A stretch of DNA of 64,000 nt from Octopus vulgaris (GCA_951406725.2 OX597820.1:1674001-1738000), one strand, 5' to 3'; positions 38,138-52,096 are shown, counted from the first letter of the stretch. The notes: generated by a model from the sequence alone, not told the origin. Program-made: numbers and translations.

Positions 38138-41100
38138 AATGAAGAAAGAAAAAAGAAAAAAAGAAGGAATGAAAGAAAAGAGAAAGGAAGGAATAAAGTA
38201 ACGTGATTCTGTAATAATGCATGAAATCAGAGCGGAAGTAAGAAAGAAAGAAAGAAAGAAAGGAAGAAAGGAAGGAAGGCTGGAGGGAAGGAAGGAAGGA
38301 AGGAAGGAAGGAAGGAAGGAAAGAAGGAAGGAAGGAAAGAAGGAAATAAGGAAGTAAAAGAAGGAAGGAAAGAATGGCAGTAAGGAAAGAAAGAAAGAGA
38401 GACAGAAACAAAGAAAGAAAGAAAGAAAGAAAGTAAAAAGGAAAGAAAGAGAGACAGAAACAAAGAAAGGGAGAAAGAAAGGAAGAAAGGGAGAAAGTAA
38501 GAAAGAAAGGGAAACAGAAAAGAAAGAAGGTTAGAAGGAAAAAGAGGGAAAGATAGAAAGAATGAAAGAAAAAAAGAAAAAAGAAAGAAAGAAGGAAAAA
38601 AGAAGGAAAGAAAGTGAGAAGGATAAGAGCAGGGTGAGAGGGAGAGAGAGAAAAAGGAGACAAGGAAAGGAAACGAAGCAACGACAGAAAAAAGAAAGGA
38701 AGAAAAATGAAAGACGGATTGAAGAAGGAAAGATGAGAGGGAAGAAAGAAAAAAAGAATGAAGGTAAGAAGAAGGAAATGAAAAAGAGAAAGTAAAGAAA
38801 GAAATAAGGAAAATAAAGGAAGGAAGGAAGGAAAGAATGAGAGAAATGAAGGAAGAAAGAAAGAAAGAAAGGAAAGAAAGAAAGGAAAAGGAAAAAAAGA
38901 AATGAAGAAAGAAAGAAAGAAAGAAATGAGGGAAATGAAGGAAGAAAGAAAGAAATGAGGGAAATGAAGGAAGAAAGAAAGAAAGAAAGAAAGGAAAGAA
39001 AGAAAGAAACAAACAAACAAACAAACAAACAAACAAATAAGAAAATTAAAAAAAGAAAGAAAGAAAGAAAGAAAGAAAGAAAAAATGAGGGAAATGAAGG
39101 AAGAAAGAAAGAAACAAACAAACAAATAAAGAAGAATGAAAGAAAGAAAGAAAGAAAGAAAGAAAAAAGAAAGAAAGAATGGAAAAGGAAAGAAAAAAAG
39201 AAAGGAGGAAAGAAAGGAAAATGAAAGAAAGAAAGAAAAGAGAAAGTAAGTAAAGGGAAACAAAAAGAAAGAAAGAATGAGAGAGAGAAAGAGAGGAAGG
39301 CGACGTAATTCTGTAAAAATGATGAGAAGAAAGAGAGAGAAGGAGGGAGAGAAGGGGAGGAAGGAGGAGGGATTAGAGAAATAAATGTTAAGAAGAGAGG
39401 AGGAGTATGAGATGAGAGAGAAAGAGTAAAAAGGCGGAGCATTAATATATAATAAGGTAATAGAGAGGGGGAGAGGGAGAGAGGGAGAGGGAGAGAGGGA
39501 AAAGGAGAGAGACAGACAAACAGAGACACAGAGACAGAGAGAGAGACATGAGAAGCGAGAGGGAGAAAGAGAGAGACTGAAATAGAGAAATCGAGAGAGC
39601 AAAGAGAGAGAAAGACAGACATAGAGAAAGAGAGGGAGAGGGAAAGGGAGGAGAAAGGGAGGGAAAGAATGAGGTAAGAGAATGAGAGAATATTATATAA
39701 GGAGGTGGAGGGAGAGAGAGAAGGATACATAGGTTTAGAAAGAGAGGGAGAGTGTGACGTGGGGCGGAGCGCAAAAGAGGTAGAGGGAGAGTATGACATA
39801 TGAGGTGGTAAAGCGGGAGGGGGAGAGACAAAAAGTGAGGGAGGGGGAGGGAAACAGAGATGATGTATGAGATATATGCTTTGTGAGGGAGGGAGAGTAA
39901 GAGTTGAGAGAAAACGAGGGATGAGGGAGGGGGGTTAAGCAATAACATAAATAAGTGAAAGAGGGGGAGGGAGAGGAGTAGAGAAGGAGAGGGTATGATG
40001 TGTGTGATAAGAGAGGGAGTCTATCTTGTATTAGAGAAAAGAAGAGGGGAAGGATGAGATATTAATACAGAATGAGGAAGGAGAGAGAAGAGTTTCGAAG
40101 TGTCCTTCATTTTCATATGAAACACTAAACCAAACTTTAACATACTTGGCTGTTATTTCTAGCATCACATTTGATCCCCAATTGGACTATATTTCCTTAG
40201 AAGCTCCTTAAAGTGACCTTCATGATAACAATGTAAAGTATAGCGTAATGGGCTGTTATTTCTAGCAAGATACCACACCACCAATACGTTTTATAGACGC
40301 TTCTTCACTTGGTTTCTCATTCGATGAAGAAGTCTGACCAGATCCGGGAAAAGTTTTATAAATGCTTCTTAAATTGTCTTTCAATTTCGTATGAAAAACA
40401 AAGCAACTTTGAGTGTAGTGGGCTGTTATTTCTAGCATGATGTCAAACCAGGTGTAGGAGGATTCTTTGAATAAATGCTTCTTAAATTGTCCGTCAATGT
40501 CTCGGCTATTTAATTTGCTCAATTAAGAACTACACAGTAATTATGTAATTAATGGTTAGTTAAATAATTAGCTTCTGTATAAAATAATTAGCGAGAGAGA
40601 AATTTGAAGGTAATCTGAAAATATAATTTATTTGTAAGAAAGTAAGGTTTCTTAGGGATGAGGAAGAGGGAGAGGGTAAGATATAAGGAGGTGGGAGAGA
40701 TAGAGAGAGAAAGAAAGGAAGAAAGAGTGAGAGAGAGAAAGCCCAGGAAGGGGAGGAATATATTAATGTATGAGGAAGCAGAGAAAGAATGAGAGTGAGA
40801 GAGAGAGAGAGAGAGAGACAGAATGCGTGAGAGAGAGATAGAGAGAGAAAGAAAGGAAGAAAGAGTGAGAGAGAGAAGGCTTAGGGAAGGGGAGGGATAT
40901 ATTAATGTATGAGGAAGCAGAGAAAGAATGAGAGTGGGAGAGAGAGAGACAGAATGCGTGAGAGAGAGTGAGTGAGAAAGAAAGGAAGAAAGAGTGAGAG
41001 AGAGAAAGCCTAGGGAAGGGGAGGGATATATTAATGTATGAGGAAGGAGAGAAAGAATGAGAGTGGGAGAGAGAGAGAGAGACAGAATGCGTGAGCGAGA

Positions 41101-41670
41101 GAGAGAGAAAGAAAGAAAGGAAGAAAGAGTGAGAGAGAGAAACCCTAGGGAAGGGGAGGGATATATTAATGTATGAGGAAGCAGAGAAAGAATGAGAGTG
41201 GGAGGAGAGAGAGAGAGAGAGAGAGAGAGACAGAATGCGTGAGAGAGAGAGGGGAAGAGAAGAAGAGAGAAAGAAAGGAAAGAGAGAAAACCTAAGGAAG
41301 GGGAGGGATATATATTTATATATGAGGTAGCAGAGAGAGTGTGTGAGTGAGTGCGTGAGAGAGAGAAGAGAGAGAGAGAGGGGGGAATTGATATATATAC
41401 GTTTAGGAAGTGAGGGAGAGGATGAGGTGAACGATATAGTAAGGCAGGCGGGGTGGTTAAACATGAATATATAATGAGGTGCAGAGAGAAAGGAGAGAAA
41501 GAGGGAGAAGTGGGAGGATATGTTTTGAGGGAGGGAGAAAGAAAATGCTATTTGTGTTTAATAAGAAAGAGAGAAGGGGAGGGGGGAAGCATTGGGTAAT
41601 TTATGATGAGGTGAGAGGCGGAGGAGAAGAGAAAGAGAGAGAGAGAGACATAGAAAGAGGGAGAGAGCGC
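38040..41670. repeat. Purine-rich (GA/GAAA/GGAA) low-complexity domain including a ~130-150-bp minisatellite at 40680-41340
   Basis: Directly visible. The ATATTAATGTATGAGG anchor recurs near 40759, 40898, 41027, 41163, with a variant near 41313. Confidence 0.9.
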
Positions 41671-41914
41671 GAGAGAATAATGAATGTATTTACCAATAGA
41701 GGAAGAGTATGAGTTAATAAAGGAAGCAAAAATGGGCGGAGTCACGTATACGATGTAGTGGGAGGAGTCAACGTTGAATCGGTAAGAATAATAACTCTTA
41801 TTAGATCCCTTTTACTTTAAATTCTATTGTTTTCTTTTATGCGAAATAAAATCTGTTTTTCTGCGCAGTTTGTGAAGATTTCCAAATATGATTTCATGCA
41901 AATAATAGATCGAA

Positions 41915-42396
41915 GTGTTAGACATACAGCATCTCGAAAGAGTCCAGAAGCTGGCTAGCCGCATGGTTCATGGTCTCAAAAATTTGTCCTACGAAGAAAG
42001 GCTGAGGACGCTCGACCTTTATTCTCTTGAAAAACGCCGCCGCCGTGGTGATCTCATTCTCGCCCACAACATCATAAGCGGAAAGTGTAACCTCTCGAAA
42101 GAGCTGTTCTTCACTCCTGCTCCAGAGCGTCGGCTGCGGGGTCATTCCGAAAAGCTCTACCTGCGACGATTTCATCTCAATCGAAGGAGAGGAGCTTTCT
42201 CCGTCCGGGTTGCGGATCCGTGGAACAAGCTGCCAGACGAGATGGTGAAGATGCCGACGACCGATTTGTTCAAAGCCTCCCTGGACCTCAAGTGGCCTGA
42301 ACTCTTTACATGAACACCACCCTGTACTTAACTCCATGTCCCCCTACATGGCCTTGCTATTTGCTTTTGAGCCAAATTAACTAACTAACTAACTAA
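41915..42396 (+). mobile_element. 5'-truncated CR1-group LINE, young
   Basis: Uninterrupted frame LERVQKLASRMVHGLKNLSYEERLRTLDLYSLEKRRRRGDLI..RGHSEKL..FSVRVADPWNKLP..FKASLD, short 3' UTR and (TAAC)n tail at 42378-42396. Confidence 0.92.
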
Positions 42397-43189
42397 TATA
42401 TTATCAATAAATATCGAACACTTCTCCTCATCACTAATTCGTTTTTCGTTTGACATCTAAAAATTTCGCTTTTTTAATATTACGATTCTTACCCCTTAGC
42501 TTCGCTCCTCCCTGCAATCGTCACACAGCCTCGATTGTGGTTGCACCTGCTAGAAGCAACAGCCAAATCTCACATGATAAAATATGAAACGTTTTTATCA
42601 TTTTTTTTTCTTAATTTCTTGAAAATAAATTTATTTTTTATTTTCTGATTGGCATTTGGTCAGAAAACTCCAAAGATAAGCCAGTGCCTGAGCAATACAA
42701 AGAGGGAGAGCAAGAATATGCAAGGCTAGTACAGTTTAGTGCAGCCGTGCACCGGTTGTCGTCCTATTTTAAGCTGCAAAAATGTGAGAGTCAAATACGA
42801 GAGGAAAGGGATCAGACCGGAAGGGATGTGAATGGAACAGGAAAGAAGTGAATGCCTTGGAATAGAAAAAAGTGAACTAAATCCTAAAATTTGCGAATAT
42901 ATTTAGGTAATAGGGAAAAAAAGTATGTTTAATTTAAAATGTAATTTCCATTTTTAAAAGAAAGAACATTCTCGAATACATGTTTCTTATAGTTGAACGT
43001 CCGCGTGTATTTATGGAGAGAAGAGGTCGGTTTGTTCCTGCTGTGGGCGAGAGTTTGTTTATTTTAATTTGGCTGACATCCATCTCGATAATGTGTTGCT
43101 TTAAGTAGCCTAGGGTCGAAAGCACGAATCCCAATAAAACCGCTGACAAAATAAAATAAAATCGATTTTCTGTCCCAACTGAAATATGC

Positions 43190-44770
43190 ATGTCAGGTGA
43201 TCGTCCTGTTTTCTGGAAGAATTATGTTGCTGAAGAAAATATGCACCAGAACAATGAAGAAATCGTCTCTAAACGGAAAGTGAACATTTTTCTTATAAAT
43301 ATCCAAAGGAAGCTTGAAGTTGACAGCTTCGATATCTACAGCCACAATGGTCTTCCTTGACCAGATACAAGAATTGTTGAAGTAGCTAATATTCCAATTG
43401 GGCTTAGAGAAGAAACCATTTTTAAGGTGAAAAAATGTATTAATAAACTTCTGCCAACTTTAGACATTGAACAACGACTAGATTTTGATAAAGCTATCAG
43501 GTCCTTAAATAGTAAAAGAAGGAAGAATTCTGTTCTTAAATGCAAATAGTGGCACAGGGAAAACCTATGTGATCAACATCATACTTGATAGTTGCTACTG
43601 CCACGTCTGCTATTGCAACCACTTTGCTTCTGAAAGGGAGAGTTCTTCATTCTATGTCCAGGATTTCTCTCAGTGAGACTACAAAATCAACATTAAGACT
43701 CACAAAGAGAGACGCCACAAGAGAATTTGTGCCTCAATCTGGTCTCTTAGTTATCGATGGGACCAGGATGGGGCCTAAGCATCTCTGTGAGTGCCTTGAA
43801 AGGAGATTGCATGATGTGTGAGACTGTAACAAACCTGTTTGTGAATTTACTATATTACTGTCTGGTGATAGAAAACAAATTCTTGCAGTTATGTCATCTT
43901 GGAAGATTATAATTTGTTGATGCAGATCCTTTCTTGAGGATTGAGTAGAAATAGTGAAGATAGGAACCAATCTAAGACTTCTTACAAAAGGTCATTCTGA
44001 TGAAAAAGAGTCTGTTAATCACCATTTTGATGCTGGAAATGGTGATATTTCTGTCGAACAAAGTCTAGGTGCATCCAAAATCAACCTGCTTTACAACTTT
44101 GGCCTGTCAAGTTTATGTGATGTTGTCTTGCAAATAATTTCACAGACCCCATGTGGCTTGCAAACAGACCCATTATTACTCCAACAAATGAAATATCACA
44201 ATTTGTAAATGAATTCATGTTGACCAGGATCCCTGGTGAGGTAAAGATATGCAGAAGCTCAGATACAGTTGATAATGAAGCTCTGTACCTAATCAAATTC
44301 ATCAACACACTCCTACCATCAGGGTTTCCATGGACATATCCTCACACTAAAGACAAGAGGCTGCATTAGGTTTTTGAAGAATTTAGATGCTAAACAAGAC
44401 CATTGCAATGACACAGGCTACGTTATTATCTGCTTCCAAGATCTTATTATTGCTGCCGGGGTTGCTTGTGGTTCTTTTGCAGGATAAGTCTCAGGGATTC
44501 CAAATGGGTCTCAAGGAATTGAGTTCCCATTCATAGTTACCATACAAACAATTTCCTGTGGAACCACTCTTTGCCTTGACATGCAACAAAGCACAGGGAC
44601 AGACATTTAAACAAATTGGAATATATCTTCCAACACAACTCTTCTCCCGTGGTCAGCTATAAGTGTCACTTTCTAGAGTTTGGATGAGCCTCATGGCAAA
44701 TTATTGGCAGAGAGAAATAGAAACCGTATTTTACTAACAATCGAGTCGACAAGGAGGTTCTATTTGACAG
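43190..44770 (+). pseudogene. Decayed Pif1-family (Helitron-type) helicase
   Basis: Ordered motifs across frameshifts and stops: LDIEQR, ANSGTGKTYVIN (Walker A), ATATSAIATTLLLKGRVLHS, GD-KQIL, IITPTNE, EALYLIKFINTLLPSGFP, FALTCNKAQGQTF..GIYLP..FSRGQL*VSLSRV, TNNRVDKEVL. Confidence 0.9.
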
Positions 44771-46135
44771 GAAAATATGCATTTTAAGTAAGTTTCATAA
44801 TATTGAATTTCATTCTTCATTTTTTTTTCTTGAAAATTCCACAGAGTTTTTAAACTGTTTATGTAACAATGGAAGTGTTTAGAGAGAGGTCGGGGCTTAC
44901 AACAACAACATCAACAACAAATGAAATTTCAAAGTTATCTTTATTTCCAAAGTTAATCTCCAACAAAAAGGGAGCCAAACCAAGATCTGCTATAATTAGT
45001 ACCCGAATCCTACTCCATTCAAAATTTATCATCTTAAAGACAAGGTGGTTCTGGGTTCTCTATACTTGGGAAAAAACATGGCGGTGGTGTTGAGTGTCTG
45101 GTTCGAAATAGCTCAAAATAACTTTAATATTTCTCTAAACGTAGCGAACGTTACAACTTTCAAAGTTATACATAATTCTCGCAACTGGAAATAAATTGGA
45201 GACGGTTTCATTCTAAGCATGGAAAGACTTTGTAGGCAAGGTGTGGCTGTGCAGTAAAAAAAATTTCCTTCGCAACCAAGTGGTTTCCAGTTCAATCCCA
45301 GTGCATGGTACATTAGGCAAGTGTTTTTCAGTGTTTAGTACTATACCCTTGGATGGACCAATTCTGGAAAGAATGGAAGCCCGTTGTGTAGTTGTGTGTG
45401 TGATTGTGTTCGTGTTTGACGTTGTCTCGCATCACCGTGTGAAGACCGGTGTTGGTTTGTTTACTCCGTCGCAACTCGTCGCTTCCGTAAAAGGAATTGA
45501 TAGACTTATAAGCGTTGATCTGATTAAGGAAACTATTTAAGCCGGTGCCCCAGCATGACCGAGCCAAATGAATGCAATTTGTAAAAGAATATACGAACAC
45601 AATTTTGTTTTCATAAATATTTCGAAAATTGTAAATATTTTAAAGAAACATCGAAATTAGTTTCAAATCTGCTTTTTTCCTTCTCATTAATCTCATCTTT
45701 TGTATTTTTAATTATTTCCTTTCTTTTCTTCTTTATGTAAGAATATTCTGTTTGATAAAAATTCTCATTAATCCTCACATTACATTGAATGGCCATTTTC
45801 TTCATTAAGCCTTTGCAGCTTATTTGCAGGTTTATCTTTGGAGTTTTCTGACCAAATGCCAATCAGAAAATAGAAAAATTATAAACAACTTTTACACTTT
45901 ATCATTTCTTATATGAGATTTGGCTGTGATTTCTAGCTGGTCTCTCGACTATAGAGGTTGTGTGACGATTGCGGGTTCTAGATTTTGAAGTTCTAGTTTA
46001 GGAAGCAGAAGTGTAAAAATGTGAAATTGTTAGATGTCAAACGAAAAACAAACCAGTGATGTGGAAGATGTTGGAGTTGAAACTAAAAAGGGTTCTAATA
46101 AGAGTTATTATCCTTACTTTCTTTCTCTCCTTCCA

Positions 46136-46516
46136 TCTCTCTCTATATAAACGGCAGTTTGTCTGTCTGTGTGTCTGTGTGTCTGTCAGGTTGTACCCTC
46201 ACCCTGACCACGGCTTTCAACCGATTCTGATGAAACTTGACACACACATAGCCCAATGTCATGATTCAAAACTAACGCAGCGAAAATTTTGAAAAGTTCC
46301 CCCAGTTCTGAAAAACATCGATAAATTCGACATGGGGTCGAGAATCAGAAACACAAACCACAGACTGTCTAGGGGACGCAACTCGACCGTTTTTACTAAA
46401 AAAAATTTACCATCGTTTTTTTTCCATTCTTTTGCTATTTTTTGGCTATAACTCTCTAAAAATACTTTATAGTTATTTCCCTTACAAACCCGAGCAACGC
46501 CGGGTGATACTGCTAG
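46136..46516 (+). mobile_element. Non-autonomous Helitron
   Basis: A|TC start, CCCGAGCAACGCCGGG hairpin and CTAG|T end. The last ~130 bp are shared with 22742-23376. Confidence 0.85.
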
Positions 46517-46940
46517 TCTTGCTATATAATTCAGTATTACTCTCGCACCCAGCTTTCATTATTACCTCATACCCTTCCTCTATTAGTAAATATATTTATC
46601 GTTCGGCTTCTCTTTCTCTTCTGCACACTCTCCCCCCTCTAACTATCCCAGTCTCTGCCTCTGCCTCTGTCTCTCCTTCTATCTCTCCCACTCTCTCTCT
46701 CTCTCTCTCCCTTCATGTTGGTCACTCCCTACAATACATGTTACAGTAGCCTTCCCCTCTCCTACTTTCTGTTTTAACTCCTCCTCTGCCTACGTTTCGA
46801 TACACATATCATTTACTATCGATTTCTCTCTCTCTCTCTCTCTCTTTCACTCTCGCTTTCTCTCTCTCTCTCGTTCTCTCTCTCTCTTTCTCTCGCTTTC
46901 TCTCTCACTTTCACTTTCTCTTTCACTCTCTCTTTCTCTC

Positions 46941-47040
<100 letters not shown>

Positions 47041-47431
47041 TTACTCCAAAAGAGATTATGACATCACAATTCCGAGAAATATGATCTGAATACTATAATC
47101 TCTTCAATTCGACTTCCTTCACAATTGGTGTCGTATCGATCAAACGATGATATCTATAATAACTATCGATCTATTTAATTCGTATCTTGATTTCCAGCAA
47201 TTTCTTCATAAATTTCCCAGTATATTGATTTCTTCTTCCTGAAGCTGTCTTTTCTTTCTTCTTTCACTTCTCTTCTTCCTTTCTTAAGCTCATTCATTCA
47301 TTCTTTCTTTCCTTCGTTTGTTTGACTTAGCGATTATTTATTGATCTTTTGATTTAAACATATTTGTCACATTTTAGCTTACTGTTAACAGTCTCATTGA
47401 ATCTCTCTGTATCTCTCTCACTCTATCTTAG

Positions 47432-47459
<28 letters not shown>

Positions 47460-47462
<3 letters not shown>

Positions 47463-47584
47463 AAATAAGTAACAATGATGTCCAGGTATTAGTGCACTAC
47501 GGCTGTTTCAGGAAGCCCCATTTAGTAGCACTGAATCTCTCTTTCTCTCTCACTCTAATACACAAACACACACACGCACACACA

Positions 47585-47663
<79 letters not shown>

Positions 47664-48230
47664 GAAATAAGTAACAATGATGTTCAGGGATTAGTGCACT
47701 ACGGCTGTTTCAAGCAGCTACATTTAATCGACCAATGCATGCATTATATCAATTTGAAATACACCGCCTTCCTTGGAGGCATAAAGCAATATAAGTTTTC
47801 AACAGACAGGATACTCCATTACAATATTTGAAGCAAAATTGTAAGTGGATGCAGAATAGTAACTGCATTAGGTATATTGATTGTAATAAGGTGAAAGATA
47901 AATGCAGCTATATTACCATCCCCTCACCCCCATTGTTATTCTCTTCTGCCACTCCAAATTATAGTTGGAGTATTTTCTCCCTAAGTTCATTCTGCTAAAG
48001 TAATAGCAACAATCATATAATTCTTTTATTCTCTAGTTCTGATGAAAAATTTGTTAAAAAATTTATAATGGTGTATCCAGTATCTTTAAAGTTATATGGT
48101 CTTATGAATCCAGGGAAGGCGGTGTATTGTAAATTGATGTAATGTTTGTATTGATCGATTAAATGGAGCCGCCTGAAACGGCCGTAATGCACTAATAATT
48201 GGACATCCTTGTTACTTATTTGCTTTTTAT
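47460..48230. mobile_element. Penelope-like pLTR remnants, direct and inverted copies
   Basis: 47665-47820 is an inverted homolog of 48068-48222, and 47462-47520 is a partial direct copy. Each carries GAAAC(A/G)GCCGUA, a hammerhead-like 3' half with a palindromic stem III. Confidence 0.5.
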
Positions 48231-48749
48231 TCACCTGATTTCGAGCTGTGCGGATTATACCTGAGTGACTCGCTGTCTCCTAATTAGTGCCTAATTCCAA
48301 TGCACAAATAAATTGTTTATAGTGATCAAATGTTCGTCTTACCGCACATTAGTTCTCTCTCTCCATCAAATCGACGTTGTCTGAACGGGTGGACGGTGTA
48401 TCACGTGTCAGGTGTCGGAATGGTCCCAGAGCAACATGAGATGAAATGTTTTGCGCAAGAATACAAAGCACCACCCAGTCTAGGGACTAAAACCATGATC
48501 CGGCGAGTGAGAGGACTACAACCTAACCACTAAGCCACGTTCCATCTTTACACACGTGCGCGTGCACACACACACATATGTATATATAAAATATATACGC
48601 ATACATTTATACCAGCCTCCCTTCTCCTACATTGTTAGGTGTTGAGAATTATCTCCCATCATTTGTGATGTCGCTGGTCCTGGGCCTAAGCCCAGCTCTT
48701 GATAAACATCCACGGCTGCAAATATCCACTTGTAATCTCTTTTCTTACA

Positions 48750-49350
48750 GCTTTCTTAAAATCAGCATGAAAAAGCCGTGTATTTCCAAAAATACTTACT
48801 CCTTTCCTTATCTATTTCCTCAGTTTATGGCGATAATAATCATTGATTTCACAATTAACATCTCATATTTCACGTGCCTTCAAAGAGATCTTTACACAGT
48901 TCTTATCCTTGTTTATGGAAAGTGCCACCAGCATGAACGAAGAGTACAATTTAACATATAGCATCTGTTTAGCGATTCTCTGATCATTAATCTGAAGAAG
49001 ATGTCCTGTTCACCGTAATTGGTGATGGTATATCATCATTATTCTCTGTGCTTTTATAATTTGACAAATCCAACCTCTCTTCTCTGGGCAACAAATTTTC
49101 CTTTTGATGCTTTTAAAATATGAAAGTTACTTTGACAGTCATTGACCAGAACAAGATGAAGATCTCAGTCAGTAAAGGAATTTGTCTGGGGTCATCAAAG
49201 TTTGAAGTTACTCTTTTTAGTTTTATAAAGTCACTAAAAGTCTTACGTTTTCTCAATTTATAGAAACTCGCTCTTTTATAAATCAGTTTATTGGCTGTTC
49301 ATTAAATGTTAAATTAAATTTGCTCCAGCTGGTCTATATAAACAGTAACC
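48750..49350 (-). mobile_element. Highly decayed RTE-like LINE fragment
   Basis: Minus strand reads GHLLQINDQRIAKQMLYVKL..KDKNCVKISLK, similar to RTE GHxxRMxDxRxPKQxLYGEL..KDxLKxSLK. Confidence 0.5.
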
Positions 49351-49422
49351 TACTGCTTTGAACAACTTTACTATTTTGTTGTGTATTATTTACTCAAATA
49401 TAAAGTGTGAATATTTCAACCC

Positions 49423-50752
49423 CTAGCATTAAAGACCCGTCGTTGCCGAGTCATAGTGCTAGTGCATGTATATATGTGTATATATATGTGTACATATTAC
49501 ATGTACATCTATATATATATACATCTACAGATAAAATACAAAATACAAAGTTATATCTTGATATCGCTAGTGATAACAATACTCAAAATATATAAAAGCC
49601 TGGAATTGTAAGCCCGTCTCTTGTAATTTCGATCAATATTATCTTTTCCTCCCTCTTGTATAGAAGTGTGGCTACAATCTAGCCTACTTCTACTTCTGGG
49701 GGATGGGGAGGCGGCATTTAAAATTTTTCCGGGACGTCCATTCTTCCCAGATATAAAGGTAAAAATATAATATTTCCACACTGCAAAGTTCGAGTCGAGT
49801 ACTCCATCGCACGCTCCGTTGATTCGAACCTACTTCTATTGTGGCGAACTTACCGCCTCTGATTAGATATCTTTCATAGTCGCACCAAGACACTTTTCGA
49901 AGGTGCTTTCCTCCACGTGTTCAAATCTTTTTTCTCTACATTGTATACTTTACAGACAACAAGCGACGCGTCATTCTTCGTTGCGGTGACCCTCGCGTAA
50001 GTCTCCATGACTGAGGGTCAACGCTCCTTCTATAAAAAGTAACGACACGCAGCGACAAGCATCTCGCGCGATTCGATCATGTTTCGTCTCTTTCAACAAT
50101 TTTTCACTTTTTTTCACTCTTTCACACAAAAATAACGTCTGACTCTGACAGCATAATATCAGGTACTCAGTAGAAGCATCTTTCGAGAAAACAGACATTA
50201 CATACAGCCAAACTTCATATAGATACTTAATGCTAGCTAATTAGCAAATAATCTAATGTAAAAGCCACGCACACCTCCATCTGGAATATTCCATTTCTGC
50301 ACTTAAATTTTATTTTTTATTTATTCCCATTCATGTGAAACCACTGATTCAAGTTCAAGTCATTGATGCAAATTTATACCAATTGCTATTTTTATTTTTT
50401 TTATTTTACGATTATATTATACTTTAGTTTGATTTTAATTATTGCTTACTACATATAATTCAATTGTTATTATTATTTTATTGCTAAAATGAAAGCATCT
50501 GACATAAAATAGAGAAATGCTTTTGTTTCACTTTTAACATGTAATACTGAAATAGTGGAGAAGATATGATATTGCTTTGGGCTCGCTCTAGGTAAGAAGT
50601 TGAACATTCTTTTTTTGCCCATGAAACTACATGGATCCTAAGTAAGGCATGTGTAAAATTTGAATGAAATTGGTTCGGTAGTTCTCAAGTTTTAGGGAAA
50701 CGCACAGACAGACAGACACACAGACACACATTCTCAGTTTTATATATATAGA
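49423..50752 (-). mobile_element. Non-autonomous Helitron
   Basis: Minus strand starts TCTATATATATAAAACTGAGAATGTG..(CTGT)n and ends with the hairpin GACTCGGCAACGACGGGTC then GCTAG. Confidence 0.8.
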
Positions 50753-50796
50753 TATATATGTATATATATATACATATATATATATATGTGTGTGTC

Positions 50797-50858
<62 letters not shown>

Positions 50859-50869
50859 TAGTTGTATAT

Positions 50870-51230
50870 TCTACGGATTACCTAAAATACACAAAAATCT
50901 ACATATTTGTAAAGCTATTCATTAATGTTCCTTCCCCCACTGACCTCAAACTGAGACCCATCATTGCTGGACCTGCTTGTCAAGCCCACCGTTTGAGCAA
51001 CTTCCTCGACATCTTACTCATACCGTTTCTAAAATATATAAAAAGCCCCATCAAGGATGACTTAGACATGCTGAACCACCTCCCGAAGAGAATAAAGGAA
51101 GGAACCCTGTTAGTATCATTTGATGTGGTGAATTTGTACACCAATATCCCACACCATTATGTTGTAGAAACGATCAAGTTCTGGCTAGAAAAATCCTCAG
51201 AAGAGATCCCATGGCGCATCAACCTCATCA
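50870..51230 (+). mobile_element. Penelope-like reverse transcriptase fragment
   Basis: LRPIIAGPACQAHRLSNFLDILLIPFLKYIKSPIKDDLDMLNHLP..LVSFDVVNLYTNIPH, typical of the PLE RT N-terminal motifs. Confidence 0.88.
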
Positions 51231-51389
51231 CATTTACTCGAAGAAATCGACATCAGGAATTTGTAAGCCTAGTAGTAGTTATTCTATCATTCTCCTTTGC
51301 TGAACCGCCAGGTAACGGGTCGTAAACACACTAATATTGGTTGTCAAGTTATGGTGGGGTGACAAACGCAGAAACACAAACATATGCAT

Positions 51390-51710
51390 ACATTATGGCT
51401 GCCCCCTCGTTATCGAGTATGGCCATTGCACGAAGCTTAACTGTTACATCGAATGTGACCTTTTAGCCCAGCTAAAGATCTACAATGTCTTGTACAAAAT
51501 TGGCAACTAAGACCTTTACTGGTAATAACCGGCTGTAGTCGTATCTGGGCTTCATGTACCTTTGCATGTCGTTTAAGTCCTCCTGCCGTATTACACTCTC
51601 TTCCACATGCCCGACAGATATGATTAGTATGGTTTGTTACACCACCACCAGTGGCCAGGTAGTCACTCATCTGTCTCGTTTTATGACTACGAAGATGACT
51701 CATGAGTCCA
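51390..51710 (-). mobile_element. RTE-like LINE 3' end with C2H2-type fingers (partial copy at 54944-55057)
   Basis: CRACGRECNTAGGLKRHAKVH and CQFCTRHCRSLAGLKGHIR, followed by a short 3' UTR ending GGCAGCCATAAT. Confidence 0.65.
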
Positions 51711-52096
51711 GCTTTTCATACATGCATACATGTGTGTGTGTGTGTGTGTGTGTATGTGTGTGTGTGTTCGACGGGCTTCTTTAAGTTTCTGTCTACCGAA
51801 TTCATTGAGAAGACTGTAGTTAGTCCGAGGTTAAATTAGAAATCACTTGCCCATGGTGGCACGCACTGGGACTGAACCGGGAACCATATGGTTGACAAGC
51901 AATATATGTTATGCGTGTCTCTGTATGCGCGGGCGCGTGCGAGAGAGAGAGAGAAAGAAAGAGAGAGAGAAACAGGGAGATGGGCAGACAAACAGACAAA
52001 TTCTGTTTATCAGTTTCTAGGAAACAGCAAAACACTCAACACGTCATTAATGATAAAAGTTTGACGCAACCTTCGTCTTTCATGGCAAATACACCA

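Noticed and set aside
38049-39799. 517-aa and 422-aa F/L/S-rich ORFs resembling membrane proteins
   Set aside because: Reverse strand of the polypurine tract; low complexity and no domain structure.
43190-44770. Functional host PIF1 gene
   Set aside because: Intronless with many stops and frameshifts, and motifs are Helitron-like.
51437-51703. Two C2H2-like fingers as a host zinc-finger gene
   Set aside because: No TGEKP linkers or splice context, followed by a LINE-like 3' end, and partially repeated at 54944-55057.
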